The notes under the pieces: generated by a model | What the model was told of the DNA's origin: nothing | The model's input: only the letters and a program-made list of their open reading frames with translations | Database searches by the model: none | NCBI GenBank assembly: GCA_016618085.1 | Contig: JABLTG010000002.1 | Span: 124,001 to 188,000 of the forward strand | Length of the DNA stretch: 64,000 nucleotides | DNA from: Neovahlkampfia damariscottae | Taxonomy: Eukaryota | Reading direction: 5' to 3' | Made by a program: the position numbers and the translations under genes | Part shown: in pieces, positions 46,905-58,584 of the stretch | Layout of the letters: the number at the start of each line of letters is the position of its first letter | How positions within the stretch are numbered: the stretch's first letter is position 1

Positions 46905-49900
46905 ATGACAGGTTTTAAGTCTGTCAACAAAGTAGGGTATGTGAAAACACCGAGGTCAGCCACTGGAAAGTATCACATCAGTTTAAACAAAGGAGATAGA
47001 GTTCAAATTAAAGGTGAATGTGAGGGGTGGTCACAAGGTTTTTGTTTTTATTACTTACTTTTCTTCAGTAATTTTTACAAAAAATGAAATAGAAGAAAGA
47101 GGTATTTATCCAACTGAATTTCTTCAAAGTGATCCAATTGAAAAATCAGTTTTCAAACCTTTAGAAGCCTCTGACCCAGCTCAAAGATTAAATAATGAAA
47201 TACTTCAAGTTTTAAAAGAATGGTCCACAGAATTACTCAAATTGAAACAAGTTCAGATATTTTTTATTTAAAATTATTCTTTAGGAAAAGAGAAGAGCTG
47301 AATACTTTGAAGTTAAAATGCAAGTTGCAAACTTGGTTGCTTTGAGAAAAAAGATTGTTGATCCAAAATTTAAATCTTTAGAACCTCAAGAGCGCAAAGA
47401 AATATCTGATAAAATCCTTCGTTTAATTGAAAAAGGAAGTAGAAAGTTAAACTTAGATTTAATGTAAGTGAAATATCATGATAAAATTAAATTTCTTCAA
47501 AAGTGTGAGAGTTGAAAAAGGTGAAAATAAAGGTGAAAGGGCAACTGAAAAAAATACACCAATCATTGATCTTTATCGTCTTCATAGACATATTCAAGTA
47601 AAAGAAGATGATGCCAAAGCGAAAAAATTATTTAGAAGCAATCAAAAAAATGAAAAATCTGATTCAGATTTAGCAGAAAAAGAAAAATATAAATTAATGA
47701 GGTAAAGAATAAAAAGGAAGAAGAATATTAAATACTTTTTAGACTTCGTTATGATCTTCCTGAAACATCAGTAGTTCAATTATTATTAGAAGTAAAAGCA
47801 TGTATCTTTACAGTTGGTGAACCTACTGAAGTATATTTTTCAGTTTATTGTCATGAATTTCAAGAAAGAATTACTGAAGAATTTAAAGTTGATTATACTC
47901 ATCAAGGAATGCCAAAAGATGAAAGATTTATGACAAGTGCAATTCAAACAATATTTAGAGATGTTAAAGAAAAATATTATATGAGAGACCTTTATTTAAT
48001 TTGTAGAATCTTTAGAAAAGGAAAATTAGTATTAGATATTGATAAAGTTGGAACAAGAAAACCATCAAGTCATAAAGAAGAAGGAATTAGAAGACCATTT
48101 GGAGTAGCTGTACTTGATTTAACACCACCAATTATTTCAGAACATCTTTATACTGAAGCTAGATATACACCTTCAAATACATTACCAATTTACACTCATA
48201 CAAATGATTTAGATGCAAATTTTCATATTCTTCATGAATTAGTAATTAATCATAGTCGTGATATTACTATTGTATCTGATAAAATTGGTAAGAAAATATA
48301 AAAAAAAAATATTAAAAATGAATAGCTATTGGTGTTGCTGTTAGTGTTCAAATGTATCAAGATAATTTTGATGCAATAATGGATAGAGAAGAAAATAAAG
48401 TAATTAAAAATGCAAGTATTACACCACCATTATCATTTCCAGATAAAATTAAAGTTGAATCAAAAAGAAATGATTTTTATATTACACTTTTAGATGGTAC
48501 ATTTTCAAATTCACAACCAGTTCAAATATTAACAAGAATTTATAATCAAAATATTAAAAGTTTTACAACATCATGTATTTCAAGAGATTCAACAAAATAT
48601 TCTGAAGTACAAGATTCATTCATGTCCAATTGTGTTAAAGTAAATAAACCAAATTGGAATGAAACTATTAAAATTAATATGGAACCAAAAGATTTAAAAG
48701 AATCTATTTTAGTTTTAGTATTTTATAATTCAACATCAAAAAAGATAACAGGTGAACCAATTGGATTTGGATTGTTACCTTTAAGCAAAGATAAAAATTT
48801 ATTAATTTCAGAAGGAAAACATGAAATAACAGTTTATAAAGTAAAAATAAGAAAAATAAATTTAATCAATTAAAAAGTATGTTAAAGATTTAGATAAAAA
48901 TATAATTGATTATATGGATCCAATAAAATCTAAATTAATTGATTTAAAGAATACAATGACAATATCAACTATGATTATTTCAACTGAAATAACAGATAAT
49001 GATAAATTAAATGGATTATTAAATTGGAAAAATAATTTAACAACACTTCAAAATATATTAAATGAATTATTATATTTACAATTTCCACAAACTATTCAAT
49101 ATATTAGAATTACATTTGATGCATTATTTTCAATAATGACAGAAAAAGAAGAATTTCAAGAATCAACATTTTTAACATTAATTCAAATATTAGATCAATT
49201 TAGTAAAAAACAATATATTTTAGGTAGAAGTGTTATTCAAGAATATTTTGATAAACATTTTAATTTTAGTGAAATATATAAAGTATTATTAAAATATTCA
49301 ATTCAATATTTATGTTTGAATGAAGATACAAAAAAGAATAAATTAATTTCTGCAACTTTAAAAAATTTAAAATTTTTAGTAATTTCAATAATTAAATCAA
49401 GAAAACAATTTGAATTAAAAAATGAAAATTCAATTGATGAAAAAGAAAAAAAAGAATTTATTGAAAATTTAAAAATATTATTAAAGAATTTAAATTTAAT
49501 TTTAATTTTAGAAGAGAAATCTATTCAAGCAGCACAAGATATTTCATTAAAATTATTAGAAGATATGTTTGATTATATTTCAATTTTATTAAATTCAAAT
49601 GAAACTGGTGAATTAGTTAATTCATTAATTGAAATAATACCATCAAATACTGGTAGAAGAGGTTTATTAGAAGGTAAATTATCATTTATGTCATATATTG
49701 CAAAAAGTAATATAATGAGTATAAGTGAAATTAGAGATTCTGTTTTACCAAATTTTGTTAATCAATTAATTAATCATTTTAATCAATCTATTCCAGAAAC
49801 AAAATTATGTATTTCAGTTTTATCAAATATTTTAAGTTCAATTCAAGATTTTATAAAATATTCAGAAGAAGAAATTAAAAAAATGTTAAATCAAATATCA

Positions 49901-52141
49901 ATTATATTACCACATATGTGTTATAGTTTAAATTCTTTAAATGAAGAAAAAGATCAATTTGAAAAGAAATTAAAAATGACATCAGATGAAAATGAAAAAT
50001 TAATTATTGAAAATGATTTATTAAATTTAGAAACATTAAAAGGTGATTTAACATCTTGTTTTTTATGTTTATTTTATTATTCTGATTCAAATTTATTTGA
50101 TATTATTAGAACCAATCAAAATGAAAATGAAATTTTAAATATTTTAAATAATATTTTATTATTAATTATTGAAAATCCAATACCAATTTATTGGATATCA
50201 TTTAATGTATTTCATTATAAAACAATAATTACAATATTAAATTCAATTTCAATTGATTTATTAAAGAATTATTCAAAATTGAATGATTCATTTTCTTTAT
50301 CTATTTTAAATTCTTATTTTGAAAATTTAGTACAATTTATATTTTCAGATAGATTAGAATTAGAAAAGTTTTCACAATCAAAACAAAATAAATTAACATC
50401 TGAACATGGTGATATGAGAATTACAGCAGTTAAAATATTTTGTGAAATATGGGATAATTTAAATGAATTACAAACAAATTTTATACCAAATATTGTATCA
50501 AATGTTTTAAGAATTGCAAATATACCAAAAGAAGATATTTATATTGTTGCATTAAATATTTATTATTCTATTTTAAAAAGAGAATTTAAAAATACAAAAA
50601 GTTTAAAATCTATTGAAGGTGTTACTGCAGTTGTATTAGATGATTTTATTATTTCTGGTAAATTAGAAGATAAATTTAGAGAATTCTTTGTTAAAATATT
50701 AGAAGAAAGATTTTCAAAAGATGAAGAAATTTATGTTGAAGGAACAAGATTTGTTAATAAAATTAATCAAGTAATTCAATTAATATCAGCTGTTCAAAAA
50801 TATAAAGATGAAGAAGAAGATGAAAAAACATCTGCATTAAGAAAAGTAATGAAATATTTTAAAACAACCAATTCAGAAGATTTATATTCAAAATATATTT
50901 ATTCATTAGCAAGAGTACATTCAACAAATAAGAATTATATTGAAGCTGCAATGACTTTATTATTTGTTGGAAATCAATTATCTTTTAATTCAGATAAATT
51001 AGTATTAAAAATGTTTGAATATCCAGAAGAAAAAGAAAGAGAAAGAAAAGAAAAATTATATTTAAAATGTTTTGATTATTTTGATTTAGGTAGAGATTGG
51101 GAAAGAGGTATTAAATTATCAGAAGAATTAGCTGAATATTATAAAACTATTACTTATGAATATAAAAAATTATCTGATATTTTAAAAAAACAAGGTGAAT
51201 ATTATGAAAAGATTGCAAAAACAAAAAGATTCTTTTCTTCTTATTTTTTTGTTGCATTCTTTGGAAATGGTTTTAAAGATGTTGGTGTTAAAGATAAAAA
51301 ATATATTTATAAAGCAAATGAAGCTGAAAGATTAATGGATTTTATTACAAGAATTCATACTAGATTTCCAAATGCTGAAATATTAAAATCATCTGATCCT
51401 CCTTCACAAGAAGTTATTGAATCAGATGGTCAATATATTCAAATATTAACTGTTTATCCTTCTTCTATTAGAGATTATGAAACAAAATGTGGTCCACCTA
51501 TTTTAAAAGAAAATGTACCAGGTAATATTGCTGCTTATGATGAATTTGATCAATTAAATGTTTTTAAAATATCAAAAACATATAGAAAACATCCAAAAGA
51601 TAAATCAATAATGGAATTTAGAGATTTATATACAAACTTTACTTTTATGTTCATTTCAACTCAAGAAAAAGAAAAATCATTTCCAAATATTGTTCGTAAA
51701 ATTAAAATAAAAGAAACAAAAGAAGTGGTTTTAAATCCAGTTGCAAATGCTTTAAAAAATATTGAAGATAAAAATGTTGAATTTAGAGCATTAATCATAT
51801 CACATGAATTAGATTCAAATCCTGATACTCAAAGATTATCAATGTTATTAAATGGTGTCATTGATGCTGCTGTGAATGGTGGTGTTCAAAAATATATTGA
51901 TGCTTATTTTGTCAAAGAATTCTTAGTTGAAAATGAATCTGAAATCGAAAATTTGAAAAGATTTCAATCAGGTTTACAAGTACAACTTGAAGTTTTAAAA
52001 GCTGGTCTTGCTGCATACAGAAAATATGGAAAAATTACAACTCTCAAGCACTGTGAACATTTAGAAGGTTTATACGTCAAAATGAAAGAACAATTCAGTG
52101 GTATTATCAACTTTGATCTTATTGAATGCTTAAACTCTTAA
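46905..52141 (+). CDS. DOCK: DOCK-family Rac GEF (SH3-like, DHR1, DHR2)
   Basis: SH3-like N-terminus, RRPFGVAV, RNDFYITL..PNWNETIKI (DHR1), LLNGVIDAAVNGGVQKY (DHR2); several introns in the 5' part. Confidence 0.93.
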
Positions 52142-53186
52142 TAAATAAAAGCTTTTTGGATTTTTGTTTCGTTCTTTCTTCCTCCGAATACTTTCGAACA
52201 ATTCCTTTTGTATTTCAACAGAAATTTCTCTTGATCCCAAAGTTGCTTAGTTTCCCTTGCTCAAAACACATAAAGACGAAATTGACAGTCAAAGGCGAAT
52301 TATCCTCAGCAAACCTATTTTTTACTTAAAGAACCATTGCAAAGAAACTTACACGTTGAGCTACAGATATCTGTTGCTACAATTAATTATTTCACCAAAA
52401 TTTGAAGTAAAATCCAAACTGACTGAACCTTTTCGATACAAGTGTGTCATCCTTCATAGGTGACATTTCTTAATAAATGAGAGAAAAGGTAATAAATTAT
52501 TGATTCAAAGATGACTTAGACTTACCTCAAGTTTCTGCACGGCAAATAAACAACTTATTTTCACCGTCAATCCTTTAATAGTACTAAGAACAATAACCAT
52601 CTTTGTTTGGTTCTTTGTAAATTCATCCAGTCCACTCTCATCAACATTAAAGATAAATTTAAATACAGCCAAATGATTGGTCATTTCAAATTATGGTTTG
52701 AATACGAGTTATTCAAAACATTTGTTTTCATAACGACAAAAATTGGACCAATGAGTTTTTGTTTTTTCTTGACATCCAGAAAACTATTATTGTATATTGA
52801 TTTTGAACAAAATTTTTTGTCTCAATCGACTTATAACTCAGTGATTGGGTTCAGACAATTTGTTTGAACAAGTGTTTAAACAACGTTGTTCAAACAAGTC
52901 TGAACAAAAGGATAAAAATAGTCAACCAATGAAATGTATTGAATAGTCTTGTGCAAATTTTTAATCAATAGACTCATAAATAGACTTTAACCTGAAAGCA
53001 TTGAGTTTGAGCATTAAAAATCCGAACCTTTCATAGTTTTGATTGGCATAACTAAAAATCTAGTCACGACAAATTTTTGATTGCAGTTGCTGGAGTAAAT
53101 TAGCAGCTAATTCTTGCATTTAAAAGAGATACAACAAAGAAGAAATATTAATTCTTTTTTAACTTTAGAAACACTAAAAATGGCAT

Positions 53187-53849
53187 TTATTGTACTTTTG
53201 CTATTTCTTTCACCACAAGTTTACTGTATTGTGCATTATAACCAAGATTCGATTTAGTAGATTGATCTAGTAAATCATCAAGTATTAAATCCATTAGTTT
53301 ATCAACTTTCACCAAATAAAAAAATCCGAATGAGTTGAAACATTGTTTAGGTGCTTTATTCTTGAAGCTTTTGTAGTTATGTTGCACTAATATTCCATTG
53401 GAGACAGTCAAAGTCACCCCTTCTTTACCTATAAAACATCCAGATTCATGAAGAAATACAGGAATTGAAAAAGTCAAGGCATCATCACAAATGGTATAAC
53501 CACGAGTAATGGAATCTTGGACATGCTGAACACAAGGAATTACATGATGGTCGTGTGTTACTTTGCCTTTTTCATCAATTACATAAAATTTCCCATAAAA
53601 AAAATCACAATTAACCTTCAATAACGTTTTGGTTTGAATAAAAAAGTTCAATGCATAATAGTAACAATTGACATGTTCATTTGCCACTACGTTTGTAAAA
53701 TCCTTTTCAGTTACTAAGGTGGTGATCATTTTTTCATATGTCTTTACTTGTTGGCCATCCGGCACCTTATTATATTTTGTGTAAGTTTTTTCGGATAAAT
53801 TTTTTTGAAAATCAACAATACCTGTTACATCTTTCCAAGTGTGCGGCAT
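53187..53849 (-). CDS. Transposon cargo protein with putative Cys-His-Asp triad (papain/transglutaminase/NAT-like)
   Basis: Intact intronless ORF; NCYYYA, HHVIPCV and YTICDD in the order and spacing of a Cys-His-Asp triad. Fold assignment is inference. Confidence 0.6.
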   Translation of the reverse strand: MPHTWKDVTGIVDFQKNLSEKTYTKYNKVPDGQQVKTYEKMITTLVTEKDFTNVVANEHVNCYYYALNFFIQTKTLLKVNCDFFYGKFYVIDEKGKVTHDHHVIPCVQHVQDSITRGYTICDDALTFSIPVFLHESGCFIGKEGVTLTVSNGILVQHNYKSFKNKAPKQCFNSFGFFYLVKVDKLMDLILDDLLDQSTKSNLGYNAQYSKLVVKEIAKVQ

Positions 53850-53895
53850 GGCAAAAGTTAGATTCACAACTAAATTATTAACTAATCATATTCTT

Positions 53896-54578
53896 ATGAG
53901 TTTTTCTTTGCTGAATAGTGTTACCTTCACTGTCGTGGATTATTCTTTTGGAATATCACCAGATGAAATAAAAAAAGTTATTGATCAAAAAGTTAAAATG
54001 GTGTTTAATGATAACGGTACAGTTGACTTTTTGGGCACAACTTGGAAGGAGGCAAAAGTGGTTGAAGATGGTTACAAAAATATTCTTTATCTTATTACTG
54101 ATGTGAATAAAAGAATCTTTAGAATCACATTAATAGTCAAAAAAGATACTAAAGACTTTATGGATAGTTTTCTTTCTGGAGATGTGAGAGTCCGTGAAGA
54201 CGGAGATTTTTTTCTCAAATCATTGCTACGACCTGTCCATTATGATACACTCAGAAAAAATCCAATTGAATTCACAATTAAAGACAACTCTTTGATGTAT
54301 ATTCCACTTGAACACCAAAAAAATTTCGTGGAATCTAAAACAGTTGAAACAAATGAACATTTAAATTTTCAAGTGAAAGTGTATTAAGTTGGTCACATCT
54401 TGAATTATGCGAAAAATTGGTGGAAAATAAAATCATTGACGATGACGATGCAAAAATACTAATACGTGAAAAGGTTGATGGAAGAGTTTTTCTTGAAATG
54501 AATGAAAGTGAATTAAAAGAAATAGGATTAAGATTTGGACCTAGAAAGAGATTAATGGATGTGATTAATAAACTTTAA
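53896..54578 (+). CDS. Transposon cargo protein with C-terminal SAM domain
   Basis: ORF to 54387, then in the -1 frame SWSHLELCEKL...EKVDGRVFLEMNESELKEIGLRFGPRKRL (SAM consensus) to TAA at 54578. Confidence 0.65.
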
Positions 54579-55085
54579 ATTTATTCAAAAAATTTCCAAA
54601 TGGAAATCAATTTTATCCATTTGTAGAATCCTGACAACGGAGTGAAGAAAAAATAACAGGACTTGGTGGGAGTAACACAGGAAATGGTCAGAATATAGTC
54701 TTGTTACAAAGAAAAACGCTAGTTGGTTAGTTGGGATAGCACACTTCAAGTTTTATTCCAATAACACGACTAATTACACAGGAGTCTCAATATTTAATTA
54801 ATTTATATTTAATATTACAAACATTGTACAGTGAGTTTTGCAATACAATTCAACAAAATTTCTCATGAAAAACCACATAAAATAAAATTGAAGAAAACAT
54901 CAAAAATTAACACGACCAATGAGAAAATTTTCTTATTCAGACTTGTTCAGACAAGTCTGAACAATGTTTGAACAAGTTGAACCCAATCACTGTTATAACT
55001 GAAAAAATTGTTTTGTTGGTGGAAGAGTAAACCAATCAATTCACTCCTTTGAAACAATAAACAACCAATGATTTTCTTTCAATTT

Positions 55086-55239
55086 TGTAAAACAGAAAGT
55101 AGTCTAAGTTATTGAGTTTCTAATTACTGACTAAAAACAATTTTATTGGTTGAATAGTTTGATATTTACAAAAGTTGATCTTTTACAAATTTCCAGTAAC
55201 TTTTTTTGATTTATAGTTCAAACAAGTTGATCTTTTACA
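55086..55239 (-). repeat. 3' LTR (154 bp) preceded by a polypurine tract
   Basis: Begins TGTAAAA and ends TTTTACA; immediately preceded on the minus strand by AAAAAAGGGGAA (55240-55251), just after the integrase stop. Confidence 0.75.
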
Positions 55240-57250
55240 TTCCCCTTTTTTGAAAATTCTTGAGTTTAGTAACCAAATTCATCATGAAAATGTTTGATTG
55301 TTTTAACTTTTCTTTTTGGGGTTTGTTGATTTGATTCTTGGGTATCAATTGGATCTTCCTCCTTTTCAGATTCTGAATCTAAATCTACGATTGTTTCTTT
55401 TACTTCTTCTAAATCTTTGTAAATACCATCTTTCGGATTTGTGTTTCCAATTTCTCTATTTTCCAATAGTTTATTAACTCTTTCTGTTGCAGTTTCATAG
55501 TACTTTGTTACTGGAACATCATCTCCCGCGTAAAGGGCAGTTAGTTTATCACTAACGTTTAGCTTGAGACTTTTTGAATTTGAATGAAAATAGTATTTTC
55601 CATTGGACAATTTGAATTGATTGTCTTCAAGGACTTCTGATATCACAAAAGGACCGAGATATCTGTCATTTCCTTTTTCTCCTAGAATTTCTAACGGAAC
55701 TTTAGGTATTTTTTCTTTTGAAATGTATCTGTAACGGTTTAACCATTTCTTTTCATATTCAATCGAATCTTTTTCTTTAGTTTGTCTAGGAATGATCTGA
55801 ATTTTGTCCAATAGTTGGATAATTTCTTTTCTTCTTTCTCCCAATTTATTTCTTTCTCTGGGGCTTCTGAACTGAGCCATGATTTTCCAAAGCATTTTTT
55901 GAATGAATTGTTTTGAATGTTAATGTTTATCATTGCTAATGGTGTGATCATTTCCCAATCCTTTTCCAAATTGAGCGATTTTGCAACTTTAAGTATGGTA
56001 TTTCTTGCTGTTTTGTTTGATCTTTCAATTTTTGAACTAGTTTCATGATCATATGCAATGCTGATCTTGATATTGATATCCAACGCTTCTAAAGCTTCTT
56101 GTAATGGTTTGAATGCTTGGTCTCCTCCTAGGATTAATAATTGACCTGAGAATGGTAAAATTTCCAATATCATTTGGAGTTGATTTCCTAACGTTTTTCT
56201 TTTCATCCCTTTCACTATTGTAAATCCTGTGAACAAGCAAGTTAGATTTAAACAAAATTTGGCTGTGGAGTCTTTAATACCAACTTCGAAGAAATCTAAA
56301 GCCAATTGACGGAGTGGTTCTGCTTTGATTCCATCTTCTTTGAGAGTCTTTGGATGTACTCCTTCATTTAAACTTAAACAAATTCCGCAAGATTCTGAAG
56401 CTTCTTTTGCAAGTTTTAAAGCATTCTTTACCAGTATTTTCATTTCATGTATCACATCTGTCAAATTTTTGGTCTAAAATGAAGTATTTCATGAATGAGT
56501 TTTGCTGTCCTAATGGTAATCTACGGTATTTAAAACGCTTATTTTCACAACTGAAAGCTAGAAAGTTTCTTGACTTTTCTTCAATTGATATTGACTTATA
56601 TTTTTAGTACGAATATTAGCCGTGAAAGCGTGTCCTGTCGATCCTTTAATGAAGAGTGGTTTGGGTCTCGCGACTGTATGAGTGTTGATTGATGATATCC
56701 ATTACTGTATCTTGGGTTGTTGCCATTCTGAACATCAACCTTTTGATAAAATTAAAATCGCTGTCTTCTCCATTTGGTGCTGTATCCATTTGTGATAACA
56801 TTTGTCTGAAATTTGAAAATTGAGCTTGAAAGCTTTCTTGAGTTTTTTTTCCTGCTGGTATTTGAGCTTTTGAAGCATCTTTGCACTTTGGTTTTGAGTG
56901 TCCTTGTTTTCCACAACGAAAACAAACCAACGTTTCTTCTTTTGACTTTTTCCTCTTGTTTTCCAGCTCTTTCTCTTTGCTTTTGCTCTACTTTCTTGAT
57001 TTTTGCATGACATTTATCGCACTTAGCTAAATGTTTTGGCCTATTTTTTTCCATAAATACTTGACATTTTATGCATCTTCGCCTTTCCTTTGTTTCTTTT
57101 TTAGAATCTGTAAAAAATGTTTCACTCTTGATGTCTGTGGTTATTGATTCAATGATTTCTTGTATTTTTTTGATTGAATCTATTTCTTTACCGCTATTTT
57201 TATGTACTGAAGTTGTACAAACTTTTTCACTTTTGGTTGAAGAATTTCAA
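55086..57250 (-). mobile_element. Internally deleted, frameshifted Ty3/Gypsy-type LTR retrotransposon
   Basis: Gag knuckle CFRCGKQGHSKPKC; RT remnant YKSISIEEKSRNFLAFSCENKRFKYRRLPLGQQNS (56496-56600); integrase HHCC (IHEILH..CGIC), D-D-E (ALDF, GDQ, IERSN) and GPF motif; RT before IN. Confidence 0.88.
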
Positions 57251-57713
57251 GTAGAAAATTAAGACTTAAAAAATTTTTATTATTAATTAGAGTAACATTA
57301 TTTGTATCTTTCAACATGTTTAAAATATTGTTAATTCATTTGTTTTTTTTAAATGAAAAATTTAAAATTATGTGATTATTAATTAGTTACATTTTATCTT
57401 TTGAATTTTGTTGTTTCAAATGTAAAAATTAAAAAAAAGTACAAGTTGAATAAAGGTTTATTTTAAATAAAAACCAAAAACTAAAACAATTGGTTAATTC
57501 TAACCAATAAAAAGTCTTGAATAACTCAATATCTTGATCATTTCACCACTAAAAAAATTGATTTTACATAAAAACAAACTAAAAAGGATTGTTTTGACAA
57601 ATGTTCACAGATTTTCTTTCATGAAATTCTTTACCAATTTCTGAGTAAATTTCCGATCGTTTGTTCAACCAATCAGAACATCAAATTTTCTTGTTGAAGA
57701 AAAACAGACCAAC

Positions 57714-58358
57714 ATGAAAACAACTCGAGCTTTTTTAACGAAAAATAGGATGAAAAACATGATTGTTTATCCGACATTGGCAAGTGTTGGACTCACTGGA
57801 TTGAGGTATTCAACCATGAAAGCTCAAGAAAAATCGGTTTATGATTTCAAAGTTCTTGATATTGACAAAAAAGAAGTTGATTTAAAAAAATATGAAGGAA
57901 AAGTTTTATTAATTGTTAATGTTGCGAGTGAATGAGGTTTAACCCCAAAAAATTATACTCAACTCCAACAAATTTACGAAAAATATAATTCACAAGGATT
58001 AGAAATTTTAGGATTTCCATGCAATCAATTTGGTTCTCAAGAACCTGGTACAAATGAAGAAATTAAAGAATTTGCTTGTGGTAAATATAAAGTGAAGTTT
58101 CCAATGTTTGATAAAATTGAAGTAAATGGTGATAACGCTGCTCCACTTTATAAATTTTTAAAATCTTCTTTAAGTTTTAAATTTTTAATTAGTATTGAAA
58201 GAATTAATTGGAACTTCACAAAGGTTTATTTTCTTATTTTTAATTTTCCATAGTTTCTTGTTGATAAATCAGGTGTACCACATAAAAGATATGAACCAAC
58301 AACTGAACCAAATGCTATTGTTGATGATATTCTTAAATTGTTGAAGGATGAAAAATGA
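57714..58358 (+). CDS. GPX: Selenocysteine glutathione peroxidase (GPx4/PHGPx-like) with N-terminal targeting-like extension
   Basis: VNVASE-UGA(57933-57935)-GLT at the catalytic position; frame continues with [13 protein letters not shown] and INWNFTK/FLVD; intron 58224-58253; SECIS downstream. Confidence 0.95.
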
Positions 58359-58370
58359 ATTTAAAATATG

Positions 58371-58443
58371 AATAAAAAATTGAATGAAGATGAATCATAA
58401 ACACTTTGAACAAAAGTAATGATACATTTGATGAATTTTTATC
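58371..58443 (+). promoter_or_regulatory. Eukaryotic SECIS element (type II)
   Basis: ATGA (58384-58387) and GA (58430-58431) core; helix II AGATGAATCAT/ATGATACATTT; unpaired AAA then mini-stem ACTTT/AAAGT; A/U-rich helix I below. Confidence 0.9.
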
Positions 58444-58584
58444 CACTTGTTTAATAAAGTTTTAATTTAGAAACAATTATTACTACAATCGATGTATTTT
58501 CATTCCGTAATTCCGCTTCCGCTTCACTTCCGAAAAAGATACAAATTGGGAAAAATCGATCCTGACCAATTGAAATTCGAATTT

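Larger units (their letters stand above)
52839..54992. mobile_element. Non-autonomous hAT-type DNA transposon carrying cargo genes
   Basis: Perfect 15-bp TIR CAGTGATTGGGTTCA (52839-52853) / TGAACCCAATCACTG (54978-54992); perfect 8-bp TSD TTATAACT (52831-52838, 54993-55000); subterminal TTGTTCA/TGAACAA repeats at both ends. Confidence 0.92.

Noticed and set aside
52143..52830. Short ORFs between DOCK and the hAT element
   Set aside because: No consistent spliced frame or motif found; probably decayed sequence, left unannotated.
55266..56464. Ginger/Polinton-type integrase or domesticated integrase gene
   Set aside because: Gag knuckle, RT remnant, PPT and LTR indicate an LTR retrotransposon, and the frame is broken.
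57714..57935. GPx as a pseudogene truncated at 73 aa
   Set aside because: The UGA is at the catalytic site, the downstream frame is intact and a SECIS is present.
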